Virus record (IMG/VR): IMGVR_UViG_3300032213_001813
Coordinates: 1 to 64,000 of that record
Reading direction: 5' to 3' (one strand)
Origin: a virus
DNA: 64,000 bases
The notes beneath the pieces were generated by a model, which was not told the origin of the DNA, did no database searches, and saw only the letters and a program-made list of their open reading frames with translations. The translations under genes and the position numbers were made by a program. Of the stretch, positions 39,851-49,979 are shown one piece after another (positions within the stretch are counted from its first letter, which is position 1; each line of letters begins with the position of its first letter).

Positions 39851-40483
39851 ATGGCATATTTAAACCACAACATACCAACTACAAGATGTTTGATTAGAAA
39901 TGAGTTTCTTTTCAATCATACAAAAGGAAAAGGTGAATATACAAATTGTGATGTTCATAGTGTAGCTAGTATGGAGGGAATGACACCCGTATTTGAGGCA
40001 TTTTTGGAGAATGGTGTGAATTGGACAAGAAGACCCATACATGCATTTTGTTGGAAAAAAGATGCACCGGTATATCCACTAACGGAACACATTTATTGGG
40101 ATTGTTTTTCTAATTATTGTGATGTACAAATCCGAAATCGATTGAGTGGGTTGAAAGCAGAATTAATAAGCCCTAGTGGTACAAAAAGAGAGGGTACATA
40201 TATGTTTACATTAGATTGGGGATTTGAAAATAAAGCAGGTATGTTAGATGTATCATTTTCAGAGACATTTGAACATAAATGTGCACACATATTTAAAATG
40301 GATGATGGAAACTTTTTTGCATATCCAAACAATAGAATTATTTGGAAAGATAAAGCTTGGACATTTAACCAAATAAAAGAAAACCCTGGTTATATTATAG
40401 ACCATAACCTATATTCGGTAGAGGGTGAGGGTAAATTTGAAACCGATGATTCATATTTTACAGAGTTTAAAAATAAAAAATAA
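39851..40483 (+). CDS. Conserved phage hypothetical protein
   Basis: 210-aa protein-like ORF (LENG..W.R.PIHAF.W, WDCFS, DGNFFAYPNNRIIW); function not recognised. Confidence 0.6.
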   Translation: MAYLNHNIPTTRCLIRNEFLFNHTKGKGEYTNCDVHSVASMEGMTPVFEAFLENGVNWTRRPIHAFCWKKDAPVYPLTEHIYWDCFSNYCDVQIRNRLSGLKAELISPSGTKREGTYMFTLDWGFENKAGMLDVSFSETFEHKCAHIFKMDDGNFFAYPNNRIIWKDKAWTFNQIKENPGYIIDHNLYSVEGEGKFETDDSYFTEFKNKK

Positions 40484-43400
40484 TGTCTTTAATTAACGAT
40501 ATAATAGAAAAGTGGGCTGATAGATTGGAAAATAGGGCGCCAAATCCCAATAATCCAACTCACATTAGCGAATTATCTTCCATACTAACCGAAATGGGAT
40601 TGAGTGAGATAAAAGATGAATTGATAGAAAACTTAACTGAAGCTGATAAACAATTCAGTAATCCTCTTTTAAATAAAGTAATTACTTATCAAAACGAAAA
40701 AGGAGAGCAAAAGAAAGCACCTATTGGAAATCTATTAAGATTAGCCGCTGACCATCCTGGTAGAAAGGCAGCTGAAGCAATGTTACCAAAAGATGGTACT
40801 CCTGAAAGAAAAGAATTAAACAAATCATTGGGTTCTGAAAAAGATGGTAGAAGTGTACCAACTGCTAATAATACTAAAAAAGGTGGTGAAGATAAACCAA
40901 AACCTACGGATGGTGGTGAAGATAAACCAAACGAAAAACCACAAACAAATCCAATGTTTACTAAAGATGCTGACCCAGCAATGGCGGCTAGAATAGATAC
41001 TGAAAAACAAACATTGGATAAACTTGCAAAAGCTGATAAGCCGGAACAATCTACGGAATTGGAACCTGTAAGTAGTGACCCTAATTCTAAAGCAAAGAAA
41101 TTTAAAGGAGAAACTTCTGGTAAAGATATTCAAACAATACCAATGGAAGGTGGTGGGCAGGTATATGGTACTGTTCATAGAAATAGAAAAATGGTTGATG
41201 ATATAATCAATCACATAAAAGCCACAATACCTGAAGAAAAATGGAAAGATATTGTATTTGTAGGTGAGGGTGGTTCAACTAATGATAGTGGAGAATTGGT
41301 ATTTTACGATGAAATGAAATATGCAGCTCCTAAATTCAAACAATTAGGTGCTGGTATTGATACTTGGGATGGTGATGAATTGGATGTGCATGATGACCAA
41401 TCTAAATTATACAAAAGACAGATAGAAAAAACAGGTTTTAACCAATCGCAGGTTAAAGCTGGAAACTGGGCAAGTATGATTGGGCAAGGTGAGGGTACTG
41501 ATACCATGTCTCCTAATGATTATTTAGATGATGAAGGTAAAAAGTTCTTACAAGATGAAGCAGTAAATGCTGGATTCCCACCAATAGAAAATTGGGATAA
41601 CCCAACGGATAAAGATATAGATACATTATATAGATTATCATTCCCAGAAGATTATGGTGATAAGGAAACAAAGATAAATGATATTCAAGTTGCTTTTAAT
41701 GAAATTAGAGATGAAAATCTTATAGAAAAAACAAAGCAATTACAATCACAAGGTAAAATACCGATTACAATAGCAGGTGAGAGTCATATTGAATTAGTGG
41801 ATAAAATGATGCAAAAATCAGAAAAACCGGATTCGGATTTCAAACCGGTAGAACCATCTGATGTAACTAAAGAAATACCAAAGGCAGATTCTGCTGCATT
41901 TAGTGGACAATCGGATATTGATAAAATAACAAAGCAGGAGAGAAAAGAAATCTCAATGAAAATCGATGAGTTAAATAAAATGACTCAAGATGCAATTGAA
42001 AAAGGTGAAAAAGCTCCAAACTATAACTTATGCCAAATAACTGTTCCTGGTACAAACTTATATTGTGATAACAATTTAGGAATACCAAGAGAGGATATGC
42101 CACAATTCAAAGGAAAACCACAACCCGGAACTCCGGCTGCGGATATGCCTGTTGATAAAAATGGTGAAGTAGATACCGAACCTCTATTCAAACAAATGTT
42201 GGCTGATAGAGGTGTTAAAGTATTAGATACTGAAATACCATCGGATTCCCTAAAAGCAACTCAATCAGAATTAGTTGGTTCGAAAGTGGCTGGAATGACG
42301 AAAGCATTAGAAAAAGACCCTAATCACCCAGCAATAACTGCACCAATTTATGTAAGTAGAGATGGGTATGTAGTAGATGGTCATCATCGTTGGGCAGCTG
42401 TAACTTCGGCAGCAATTAAAGCTGGAAAACCTACTGATATGAAAGTTAGGGTTATTGATATGGATGCAAAGGATATCATACCAATGGCTAACAAATTTGC
42501 GGAAGAGCAAGGTGTTGCTGCTAAAAAAGCAGATGCAAATCAAGAAGGACCTAAATCTGATATAGCTAGTGTACCAAAAGTAGAAGATGAAAAAGGTAAA
42601 ACCGCAAAAACTCCATCTGGTAAAAAATTATATAGTGTGGGTGGTGGTTATTATTCGGATAGACCGGATGGTGAACCTAAATTTATCAGAACTGAAGTAG
42701 TAGCTAGAAAAGCATTTTTGGAAGGCGATGAAAAGGCATATTTATTAATATTTGAAGCCGAATTTTCAGCAGATGTTGAAGGTGGTGAGTCTGGTAGATT
42801 TAAAGAAATACCTGAAAAAGATAGAAAAGATGCAGCTGAAGATTTAAAGGATACACAACCATCAACTGATACAACGGCTCAAAAACCAACCAAAAAAAGA
42901 GGTAAGAAAAATAAAGAATTAGACCAAACAAAAGATACAAAAAATGAATTTAATAATGGTAATCTATCAAAAGATGGTGTTACTGATGAACAATTTGGTG
43001 CTAATAAAAAAATAAAACCAACTCCAAATCAAATTAAAGTTGAACAAATTGAAAAATTCTTTTTAGATAAAAATGGAAATACAAAATTCCCTAAAAAATA
43101 TTTGAAAGTTTTAGCTAGAATGCTTAGTACAAAACCTGGTGGGGTAACTATATCTGATTTTACAGATGCGTCTGGAGCGGGTACATTATCATCAACAATG
43201 GGTGAACTACTTACATTGATGGCAGTTACTATTAAAGATGATAATGAGGCAAAAGAATTCTTTAATATGTTAAGACAGCATGTTAAATCAAATGGTAAAG
43301 ATTCAATTATTGATATTGGGTGGGTAAACTCAGCTGAAAAAGTTAGACAGACTCAATTTAATAGATATAATAGAAAATATGGAAAGGGTAATTGGGAATT

Positions 43401-44562
43401 AGATAATATGGCATGGGATGTTGAAAGTGAAGTTGATGCTATGGGTATGGAAAACTATAAACAAAATAAAGGATTCTCAACCGATGTTTATGCAAAAATT
43501 AAAGTTGGTGGAAAATACATATTAGATGAAATTTCACTTAAAAAAGAAATTAAAGCAAATTTATTGAATGCAACATCTGGTAGAGTTGCTGATATTATGG
43601 TGAGGGGATTGGCATCTGATGAAGATTTGGTAATATATGATGATTTAAACGCTAAAATAGACTCATTGATGGGACTAAAAGATGCCGCATCTAAAAGAGA
43701 AAAAGCAGAATTGGTAGCACAAAGAGATGCAATGGTTGAGAAATACAATGTTAATGTACCCGATGATGTTAAGGTATCTAATGTTCAAAAGAAGCAAAGA
43801 TTATTACATGAGGATTTTGTTAAAAAAGGAGTTAATGAAATTTCAGGGTTTTTAAATAAATTTTGTAATAAAACCGATAAGAAATATAGAGAAAATGCAG
43901 TAAATGTTATGACAACTACATTAAATCAAAAGCCTGATTATAAACCAAAAGTAACACAACAATTAGATACATTATGTTCGATAATGCCGACGGGTGGTTT
44001 CAAAACAGCTGAAGATTATAATAATGCATTAAAGGTAGCAAAAATTGGAGATACTTCGGATATGCAAAAATTAAATATGGCTTTTATGTCAGCAATTTCA
44101 TCAGAAAATCCACAATCTCAAGCTTCTAAATCACTTAATATGATTACTAAAAATTCTCATAATCACTCTAAGGCAGTTAGAAAATTTTTATTAGAAGACC
44201 CAGCTGCTAGAAGAGGATTGCTTGGTTCTATTAGAGAAGCATTTCCATTAAAAGCATTATTTGAGGGGGAAGAAAATATGATTTTAGGTGATGTTAGTGT
44301 TGATAGAGATGTATTAAAAGATGTTTTTGGAGTCGATTCATATGACCAATTGGAGCAAAAATTAACTGTAAGAGATACACCACCACCACCATCTATTGTT
44401 TATAGAGTTGCTGGTAATGAAGATATACCAGTTGCTGAAATAGTTTCTAGACCAGATGGTATTGGTTATGGTGGGAGTTGGAAACTTATTATGGCAGTAC
44501 ATCCTGATTTTGCTAAAAAATTAAAAGAATCAAATGAAAGATTAAACTCTAAAATTCAATAA
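40483..44562 (+). CDS. 1359-aa multidomain protein: TraB/TIKI-like, ParB/Srx-like and PD-(D/E)xK-like domains
   Basis: GTVH...VGEGG...RDENL...AGESH; LKATQ...VSRDGYVVDGHHRW; TDVY...EISLK. The start overlaps the upstream stop (TAATG). Confidence 0.55.
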   Translation: MSLINDIIEKWADRLENRAPNPNNPTHISELSSILTEMGLSEIKDELIENLTEADKQFSNPLLNKVITYQNEKGEQKKAPIGNLLRLAADHPGRKAAEAMLPKDGTPERKELNKSLGSEKDGRSVPTANNTKKGGEDKPKPTDGGEDKPNEKPQTNPMFTKDADPAMAARIDTEKQTLDKLAKADKPEQSTELEPVSSDPNSKAKKFKGETSGKDIQTIPMEGGGQVYGTVHRNRKMVDDIINHIKATIPEEKWKDIVFVGEGGSTNDSGELVFYDEMKYAAPKFKQLGAGIDTWDGDELDVHDDQSKLYKRQIEKTGFNQSQVKAGNWASMIGQGEGTDTMSPNDYLDDEGKKFLQDEAVNAGFPPIENWDNPTDKDIDTLYRLSFPEDYGDKETKINDIQVAFNEIRDENLIEKTKQLQSQGKIPITIAGESHIELVDKMMQKSEKPDSDFKPVEPSDVTKEIPKADSAAFSGQSDIDKITKQERKEISMKIDELNKMTQDAIEKGEKAPNYNLCQITVPGTNLYCDNNLGIPREDMPQFKGKPQPGTPAADMPVDKNGEVDTEPLFKQMLADRGVKVLDTEIPSDSLKATQSELVGSKVAGMTKALEKDPNHPAITAPIYVSRDGYVVDGHHRWAAVTSAAIKAGKPTDMKVRVIDMDAKDIIPMANKFAEEQGVAAKKADANQEGPKSDIASVPKVEDEKGKTAKTPSGKKLYSVGGGYYSDRPDGEPKFIRTEVVARKAFLEGDEKAYLLIFEAEFSADVEGGESGRFKEIPEKDRKDAAEDLKDTQPSTDTTAQKPTKKRGKKNKELDQTKDTKNEFNNGNLSKDGVTDEQFGANKKIKPTPNQIKVEQIEKFFLDKNGNTKFPKKYLKVLARMLSTKPGGVTISDFTDASGAGTLSSTMGELLTLMAVTIKDDNEAKEFFNMLRQHVKSNGKDSIIDIGWVNSAEKVRQTQFNRYNRKYGKGNWELDNMAWDVESEVDAMGMENYKQNKGFSTDVYAKIKVGGKYILDEISLKKEIKANLLNATSGRVADIMVRGLASDEDLVIYDDLNAKIDSLMGLKDAASKREKAELVAQRDAMVEKYNVNVPDDVKVSNVQKKQRLLHEDFVKKGVNEISGFLNKFCNKTDKKYRENAVNVMTTTLNQKPDYKPKVTQQLDTLCSIMPTGGFKTAEDYNNALKVAKIGDTSDMQKLNMAFMSAISSENPQSQASKSLNMITKNSHNHSKAVRKFLLEDPAARRGLLGSIREAFPLKALFEGEENMILGDVSVDRDVLKDVFGVDSYDQLEQKLTVRDTPPPPSIVYRVAGNEDIPVAEIVSRPDGIGYGGSWKLIMAVHPDFAKKLKESNERLNSKIQ

Positions 44563-44635
44563 AATTTCACCAAAACTATGTTTCAATCGTAATTTGATAT
44601 TTATTAAAAGAATACTGAATTACAACGAAAGATAG

Positions 44636-45049
44636 ATGAAGACACAGTTACTTTGTACGTTTACAACAAAAGAAGAGTTACAAAATACTCTACAACAAAT
44701 TAGAGAAATATATCACATAGTTTACAACTATATCTATATTTTACAAAATAAATCAAGTTTGGATGAGTTGTTTATAACGTACAATATAGATACTGCGTTT
44801 CAACCATCTACTCCATTAGAAAACACAATTCTTATCCATAGAAAGAAAGAATCAAATACTTTATATACAATCAATGCTCTTAACGAATTAGTTAAAGAAG
44901 AGAATGGTGGGGTTTTAAACTCCAACTTTGTAATTGATTGGCCTAAGTTCAAAAACTCAATTATACTTACAAACGCAACCGGTACAAAAAAGATACAAAC
45001 TCGGGTTTTTGAAGTAATCTCATTTGGAGATGAAAATAAAAGTGAGTAA
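44636..45049 (+). CDS. Conserved phage hypothetical protein
   Basis: MKTQLLCTFT...TYNI...HRKKESNTLYTINALN; protein-like 137-aa ORF. Confidence 0.6.
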   Translation: MKTQLLCTFTTKEELQNTLQQIREIYHIVYNYIYILQNKSSLDELFITYNIDTAFQPSTPLENTILIHRKKESNTLYTINALNELVKEENGGVLNSNFVIDWPKFKNSIILTNATGTKKIQTRVFEVISFGDENKSE

Positions 45050-45063
45050 TATTTATATCTGAT

Positions 45064-45834
45064 ATGTACAAAGTTAGGGGATACATCAAACCGGAAAATG
45101 CATTCCACACAATTGAAGAGTGGGAGATGATTTGCTACGAATTTTTGGGTTTGGAGCAAAAAGGATTTGATACAAGAGGTGGACAAATTGATTATAGTCC
45201 TCAATTGATAGATTTAATAAATAAACACTTCTCGTACCAACTATATATCGAAACTCAACAATTTCCAGACCAAACTCGTAAAAAGGTATTGGATTTTATT
45301 GAAGATTTTGTAAATCATAGAGTTTGGTCTTTAAGAAAAGAATATAAAGATTATTTAGTTAATATAGATAATGATAAAATTGCGTTCTTTTATTCAAGAG
45401 GTGCAACCGAACCATATCTATTATTAGATAAGCAATTTACGATGGATACTTATGGTACTACTGATGAAGAAGTAACAGTATTACATTGGACTTCAAAAGA
45501 AGGTTTGATTAATTTAGCGGATAGTGTTAAGAATGGATATAAATTTTCAGTATCAACATTTACAACACAAGCTAAAGACTTTTTTAGACCGGAGAGTAAT
45601 ATATTAGTAAAATTAAAAGGAACATTAGTAGCAGCATTCAAATCAGATGCTAAAACCTTTGCAACCGATAGAGGAAACAAAGCAGTTAATATGTTTAGGT
45701 TATCGTATCCTGGTAATGAAAGTAATCTTTGCCGTAACATAGAGGATTGTAAAGATAATAAAACAGCCCTATGGAATGAAATAGTTATAGTACCAAATGA
45801 AATTTTGGAATACAAAGAAATTAAAAAATATTAA
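45064..45834 (+). CDS. Hypothetical protein, possible ADP-ribosyltransferase-like C-terminal fold
   Basis: LHWTS...SVSTF...NEIVI motif order; low-confidence inference. Confidence 0.4.
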   Translation: MYKVRGYIKPENAFHTIEEWEMICYEFLGLEQKGFDTRGGQIDYSPQLIDLINKHFSYQLYIETQQFPDQTRKKVLDFIEDFVNHRVWSLRKEYKDYLVNIDNDKIAFFYSRGATEPYLLLDKQFTMDTYGTTDEEVTVLHWTSKEGLINLADSVKNGYKFSVSTFTTQAKDFFRPESNILVKLKGTLVAAFKSDAKTFATDRGNKAVNMFRLSYPGNESNLCRNIEDCKDNKTALWNEIVIVPNEILEYKEIKKY

Positions 45835-45838
45835 AACT

Positions 45839-46705
45839 ATGTTATTGAAAAGAGGAGATAATAACGAAGATGTAAAAAAATTACAAACCAAATTGGGATT
45901 AGAACCAATTGGTAATTTTGGCCCGAAAACGGAAGATGCTGTAAAAGCATGGCAAGCAAAGAATGGTTTAACTGCCGATGGCATTGTTGGACCTAATACT
46001 TGGAACAAAATTATGGGAGTTACCCAAGTTCCAAAACCAGTAGCACAACCAACCGCACCTGCACCACAACCTGTTGCATCTGCACCTGTTGCAAGTGTAG
46101 CTGGATTGAATTTAGCAAAATTAAAAGGACATATTCCTGATGCAGTAATTGCAATGATACCCGATACCGCTGCAAAGTTTGGTATCAATACACCATTACG
46201 ATTGGCACACTTCTTAGCACAATGTGGACACGAAAGTGGAGGATTTAGAGCAACGCAAGAAAACCTAAACTATTCTGCGAAAGGTTTGATGGGTATATTC
46301 AAAAAGTATTTCCCAACTTCAGCATTAGCAGCAGCTTACGAAAGAAAGCCGGAAAAGATTGCAAATAGAGTATATGGTGGTAGAATGGGTAATGGAGCAG
46401 AAGCAAGTGGTGAGGGTTACAAATTCAGAGGAAGAGGATACATCCAATTGACAGGAAAAGAAAACTATACTGCATTTGGTAAATCAATAGGTGAAGATAT
46501 GACAGTGAATCAAGATAAAGTAGCAGGACCATATGCATTATTATCAGCAGCTTGGTTCTTTTCTAAAAACGGATTACATAGAATAGCAGATGAGGGAAGT
46601 TCAGATGCAGTTGTAACAAAAATTACTAAAAGAGTAAACGGGGGTACAATTGGTTTGGCAGACAGAATCAAACATTTCAAAGAGTACTATCACTTATTAG
46701 CATAA
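45839..46705 (+). CDS. Endolysin: peptidoglycan-binding domain plus GH19 catalytic domain
   Basis: LKRGD...VKKLQ..LG...GNFGPKTE.AVKAWQ..NGL.ADGIVGP.TW; Pro/Ala linker; RLAHFLAQCGHESGGF, FRGRGYIQLTGKENY, SAAWFF. ATG 45839 is preferred. Confidence 0.92.
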   Translation: MLLKRGDNNEDVKKLQTKLGLEPIGNFGPKTEDAVKAWQAKNGLTADGIVGPNTWNKIMGVTQVPKPVAQPTAPAPQPVASAPVASVAGLNLAKLKGHIPDAVIAMIPDTAAKFGINTPLRLAHFLAQCGHESGGFRATQENLNYSAKGLMGIFKKYFPTSALAAAYERKPEKIANRVYGGRMGNGAEASGEGYKFRGRGYIQLTGKENYTAFGKSIGEDMTVNQDKVAGPYALLSAAWFFSKNGLHRIADEGSSDAVVTKITKRVNGGTIGLADRIKHFKEYYHLLA

Positions 46706-46707
46706 AC

Positions 46708-46737
46708 AAAAGGGAGAACGAAAGTTTTCCCTTTTTT
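46708..46737 (+). terminator. Intrinsic terminator after endolysin
   Basis: AAAAGGGAGAAC-GAAA-GTTTTCCCTTTT followed by TT. Confidence 0.85.
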
Positions 46738-46738
46738 A

Positions 46739-46770
46739 TTTGGAATTGTAACAAATTATTAGTATCTTTG
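46739..46770 (+). promoter_or_regulatory. Bacteroidota-type promoter 1 upstream of ssb
   Basis: TTTG-N20-TATCTTTG. Confidence 0.75.
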
Positions 46771-46818
46771 TTACAATTATATGAAAAATATCTGCATAAA
46801 AAAAAGTTTAAAAAAACA

Positions 46819-46850
46819 TTTGGTATTATCAAATATTCTTCGTATCTTTG
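46819..46850 (+). promoter_or_regulatory. Bacteroidota-type promoter 2 upstream of ssb
   Basis: TTTG-N20-TATCTTTG, 80 nt after promoter 1. Confidence 0.75.
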
Positions 46851-46861
46851 TAAGAACGTTA

Positions 46862-46869
46862 TATTTATA
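46862..46869 (+). promoter_or_regulatory. TATTTATA candidate late promoter (ssb)
   Basis: Downstream of the two host-type promoters. Confidence 0.45.
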
Positions 46870-46936
46870 TAGGACGTCGGTGTAGGACAGACACCCAAAT
46901 AAAACCATAAAACATAAACTCTTAAAACTCAAAAAA

Positions 46937-47773
46937 ATGGCTATTAATTTAGATGCTATCAGAGGTAGACTGAACAAACTACAATCAACCACATCGAAGA
47001 AAGTAGAATTGTGGAAACCAACACCGGGCAAACATCAAATCCGTTTAGTTCCGTATAAGTTCAACGAAGAGAATCCTTTTATTGAACTTTATTTTCATTA
47101 CAACATTAACAACAAATCTTATTTATCTCCAATGTCATTTGGCAGACCGGACCCAATTGTTGAGTTCGCTGACAAATTAAAACGTATGGGTGATAAGGAA
47201 GATTGGAAAGCAGCGAAAAAGATGGAGCCGAAACTTCGTACATTCGTACCAGTATTGGTAAGGGGTGAAGAAGGAGAAGGTGTTCGTTTTTGGGGTTTCG
47301 GTAAGACTGTTTACCAAGAAATCTTAGGATATATGGCTGACCCAGACTACGGCGATATTACTGACCCAACAACTGGTAGAGATATCACTGTTGAGATTGT
47401 ATCGGCTGAAGATAGTGGTACATCATACCCTGTTACAACAATCAGAGTAAAACCAAAAGAAACACCATTGGTAGAATCAGCGGAGGAAACTAAGAAATTC
47501 CTTACAAGCCAAATGGAAATCACAGACCTTTATCAAGAATTAACTTATTCAGAGTTGAAAAGTGTGTTAGAGGGATGGTTAAACCCATCTGCAACCGGTG
47601 ATGATGAATTAGAAACATCAGTATCGGCTCAAACATTATCTTCAACGGCATCACCTGCGGAATCGGTAATTCCAACACCAACACCGAAAGTGGAGGCAGT
47701 AACGGAAGCACCAGCACCAACTAAGAAATTAGATGATGTAACATCTGCATTTGATGACCTTTTCAACAACTAA
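46937..47773 (+). CDS. gp32: Single-stranded DNA-binding protein (gp32-like)
   Basis: LWKP..GKHQIRLVPY, FIELYFHY, VLVRGEE.EGVRFWGFGKTVY, DITDP.TGRD; acidic tail DDVTSAFDDLFN. Confidence 0.85.
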   Translation: MAINLDAIRGRLNKLQSTTSKKVELWKPTPGKHQIRLVPYKFNEENPFIELYFHYNINNKSYLSPMSFGRPDPIVEFADKLKRMGDKEDWKAAKKMEPKLRTFVPVLVRGEEGEGVRFWGFGKTVYQEILGYMADPDYGDITDPTTGRDITVEIVSAEDSGTSYPVTTIRVKPKETPLVESAEETKKFLTSQMEITDLYQELTYSELKSVLEGWLNPSATGDDELETSVSAQTLSSTASPAESVIPTPTPKVEAVTEAPAPTKKLDDVTSAFDDLFNN

Positions 47774-47784
47774 AATAAGTTATT

Positions 47785-48906
47785 ATGGCAAAAAAGGAAA
47801 TTGAGTTAGCAGATATACTTGCTGAAACTCTAAACAAACAATCTAAAGACCAGAAAGTGGCATTCTTTTTGGATTCGGATGAAGCACCTACAAATGTAGA
47901 AGGTTGGGTATCAACTGGAGCATCATTGTTGGATGTGGCTATCTCAAATCGCCCTTATGGTGGATTGCCTGTTGGTAGAATTACCGAAGTTACTGGGTTG
48001 GAGCAGAGTGGTAAATCGCTCTTATCCGCCCACCTTCTTGCCGAAACGCAAAAGTTAGGTGGATTGGCAGTATTAATTGATACTGAAAATGCAGTAAGTG
48101 CGGAGTTCTTAAACGCAATTGGAGTAGATGTATCTAAAATGCTTTATGTAGCAGCTGAAACTGTGGAAGAGTGTTTTGAGTACACCGAAACAATTATCGA
48201 AAAGGTGAGAGTTGCATCGAAGGATAAGTATGTAACTATCGTAGTAGATTCAGTAGCAGCAGCATCAACTAAAAAGGAGATGGATGCTGATTACGATAAA
48301 GATGGATACGCTACCGATAAGGCAATTATTATCTCAAAAGCAATGCGTAAAATCACTAACTTAATTGGTAGACAGAAAATCACTTTGGTTTTCACAAATC
48401 AATTAAGACAGAAGATGAACGCTATGCCATTCTCTGACCCGTGGACAACTTCTGGTGGTAAGGCAATCGCTTTCCATGCTTCGGTTCGTTTACGATTGAA
48501 GGGTATGGGTACAATTAAAGCAAAAGACAAGAATGGAAATGACCAAATTGTGGGAATTAAAGTTCGTTGTCAGGTTGTAAAGAATCGTATGGGCCCACCA
48601 TTACGAACTGCAGATTTTGATATCTTCTTTGATAGAGGTATTGATAACTACGGAGCTTGGTTGGGTAGTATGAAAGACAATAACTTACTAAAAGCTGCTG
48701 GAGCATGGTACACTTATGTGGACACTGATACAGGTGAAGAAATTAAGTTCCAATCAAAGGATTTTCCTCAATTGTTGGAAACTAATCAATCAGTTAAAGA
48801 CCAAATCTACAAGCGTATTTGTGAGGCAACCATCTTACAATACAAAAAGGGTAGTACACTGGATTCAGAAGAACTATTTGTAGATTCGGAAGTTATTGGA
48901 GATTAA
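47785..48906 (+). CDS. recA: RecA/UvsX recombinase
   Basis: GGLPVGRITEVTGLEQSGKS, IDTENA, IVVDSVAA, FTNQLRQK, TTSGGKAIAFHASVRLRL, KNRMGPP. Confidence 0.92.
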   Translation: MAKKEIELADILAETLNKQSKDQKVAFFLDSDEAPTNVEGWVSTGASLLDVAISNRPYGGLPVGRITEVTGLEQSGKSLLSAHLLAETQKLGGLAVLIDTENAVSAEFLNAIGVDVSKMLYVAAETVEECFEYTETIIEKVRVASKDKYVTIVVDSVAAASTKKEMDADYDKDGYATDKAIIISKAMRKITNLIGRQKITLVFTNQLRQKMNAMPFSDPWTTSGGKAIAFHASVRLRLKGMGTIKAKDKNGNDQIVGIKVRCQVVKNRMGPPLRTADFDIFFDRGIDNYGAWLGSMKDNNLLKAAGAWYTYVDTDTGEEIKFQSKDFPQLLETNQSVKDQIYKRICEATILQYKKGSTLDSEELFVDSEVIGD

Positions 48907-48929
48907 TTAACTAATATGTTACAAACAAA

Positions 48930-49973
48930 ATGAAAGAACTTTACAAAAAATTACTCAATGAAGTAGAAACGGAACACGACTCAAACTCCCAAAGAGTGAG
49001 AAATAGTAGAGTTCTTATCATTGATGGACTAAATACCTTCATCCGTAGCTGGACAACTAATCCTACAATGAATGAGGATGGTGACCATACGGGTGGAGTT
49101 ATTGGTTCATTGAAATCAATAGGGTTTGGTATTCGCCAATTTAACCCTACAAGAGTTATCCTTACTTTTGATGGTAAGGGTGGTTCTAATGGAAGAAAAA
49201 AGATTTATGAGGGATATAAATCTGAAAGAGGTAAGAATCGTTTCAGAGTCAATAGACAGTATCCCGAAATGATGACCCAAGAAGATGAGCAGGTATCTAT
49301 GAAACGCCAATTTGTATGGTTGGTAGATATATTAGATAGTTTGCCTGTTACAACAATGGTATATGATGGTATAGAAGCCGATGATGTTATCGGACACATC
49401 ACTACACAACTATTGGGTGAGGATGAAGAGTGTGTAATCGTATCTACTGATAAGGATTTCCTACAATTGGTAAATGATAAGGTCACAATCTATTCTCCAA
49501 CTAAAAAGAAAAAATATGATAGGAAAGCGGTATTTGAAGAGTATGGCTTATATCCACAAAATCTACTTCTATTCAGAACGTTGGATGGGGATAATTCGGA
49601 TAATATTCCGGGTGTAAAGGGATGTGGATTAAAGACATTACTAAAAAGATTCCCAGAGTTAAGTGAAGATAGAAAGATAGAATTTGATGAGTTTTTTGAT
49701 ATTGCGGAAACTAAAGTCAAAGAATCTAAATTATATTCTGATATCGTAGCTAACAAAGATGTTATTTTAAGAAATCAACAATTAATGCAATTAGAAGAAC
49801 CTATAATTTCCACTAACGAAAAGATGAAAATTTTAGATAGGTTTAGAGAACCAAATAAGAAGTTTGAAAAGATGGAGTTCTTTAAGGTAGGAGCTAAATA
49901 CAAAATCCTACAAAATTGGAGTGATATTAATGATTGGTTAAAATCAACATTTTCAAACATTATAGTTAAATAA
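48930..49973 (+). CDS. 5'-3' exonuclease / flap endonuclease (T4 RNase H-like)
   Basis: LIIDGLNTFIR, FDGKGG, YEGYK, EADDVIG, STDKDFLQLV, GDNSDNIPGVKGCGLKT. Confidence 0.92.
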   Translation: MKELYKKLLNEVETEHDSNSQRVRNSRVLIIDGLNTFIRSWTTNPTMNEDGDHTGGVIGSLKSIGFGIRQFNPTRVILTFDGKGGSNGRKKIYEGYKSERGKNRFRVNRQYPEMMTQEDEQVSMKRQFVWLVDILDSLPVTTMVYDGIEADDVIGHITTQLLGEDEECVIVSTDKDFLQLVNDKVTIYSPTKKKKYDRKAVFEEYGLYPQNLLLFRTLDGDNSDNIPGVKGCGLKTLLKRFPELSEDRKIEFDEFFDIAETKVKESKLYSDIVANKDVILRNQQLMQLEEPIISTNEKMKILDRFREPNKKFEKMEFFKVGAKYKILQNWSDINDWLKSTFSNIIVK

Positions 49974-49979
49974 AAATAA

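Noticed and set aside
45839-46705. Holin/spanin lysis cassette around the endolysin
   Set aside because: Neighbouring genes have no convincing transmembrane or lipoprotein signals; these genes may lie elsewhere.
46781-46885. Short ORF after ssb promoter 1
   Set aside because: About 34 codons running through promoter 2 and the TATTTATA motif, with no protein-like features.
47992-48021. RecA Walker A variant GLEQSGKS
   Set aside because: It still fits GxxxxGK(S/T) and is within the variation expected for phage UvsX/RecA.
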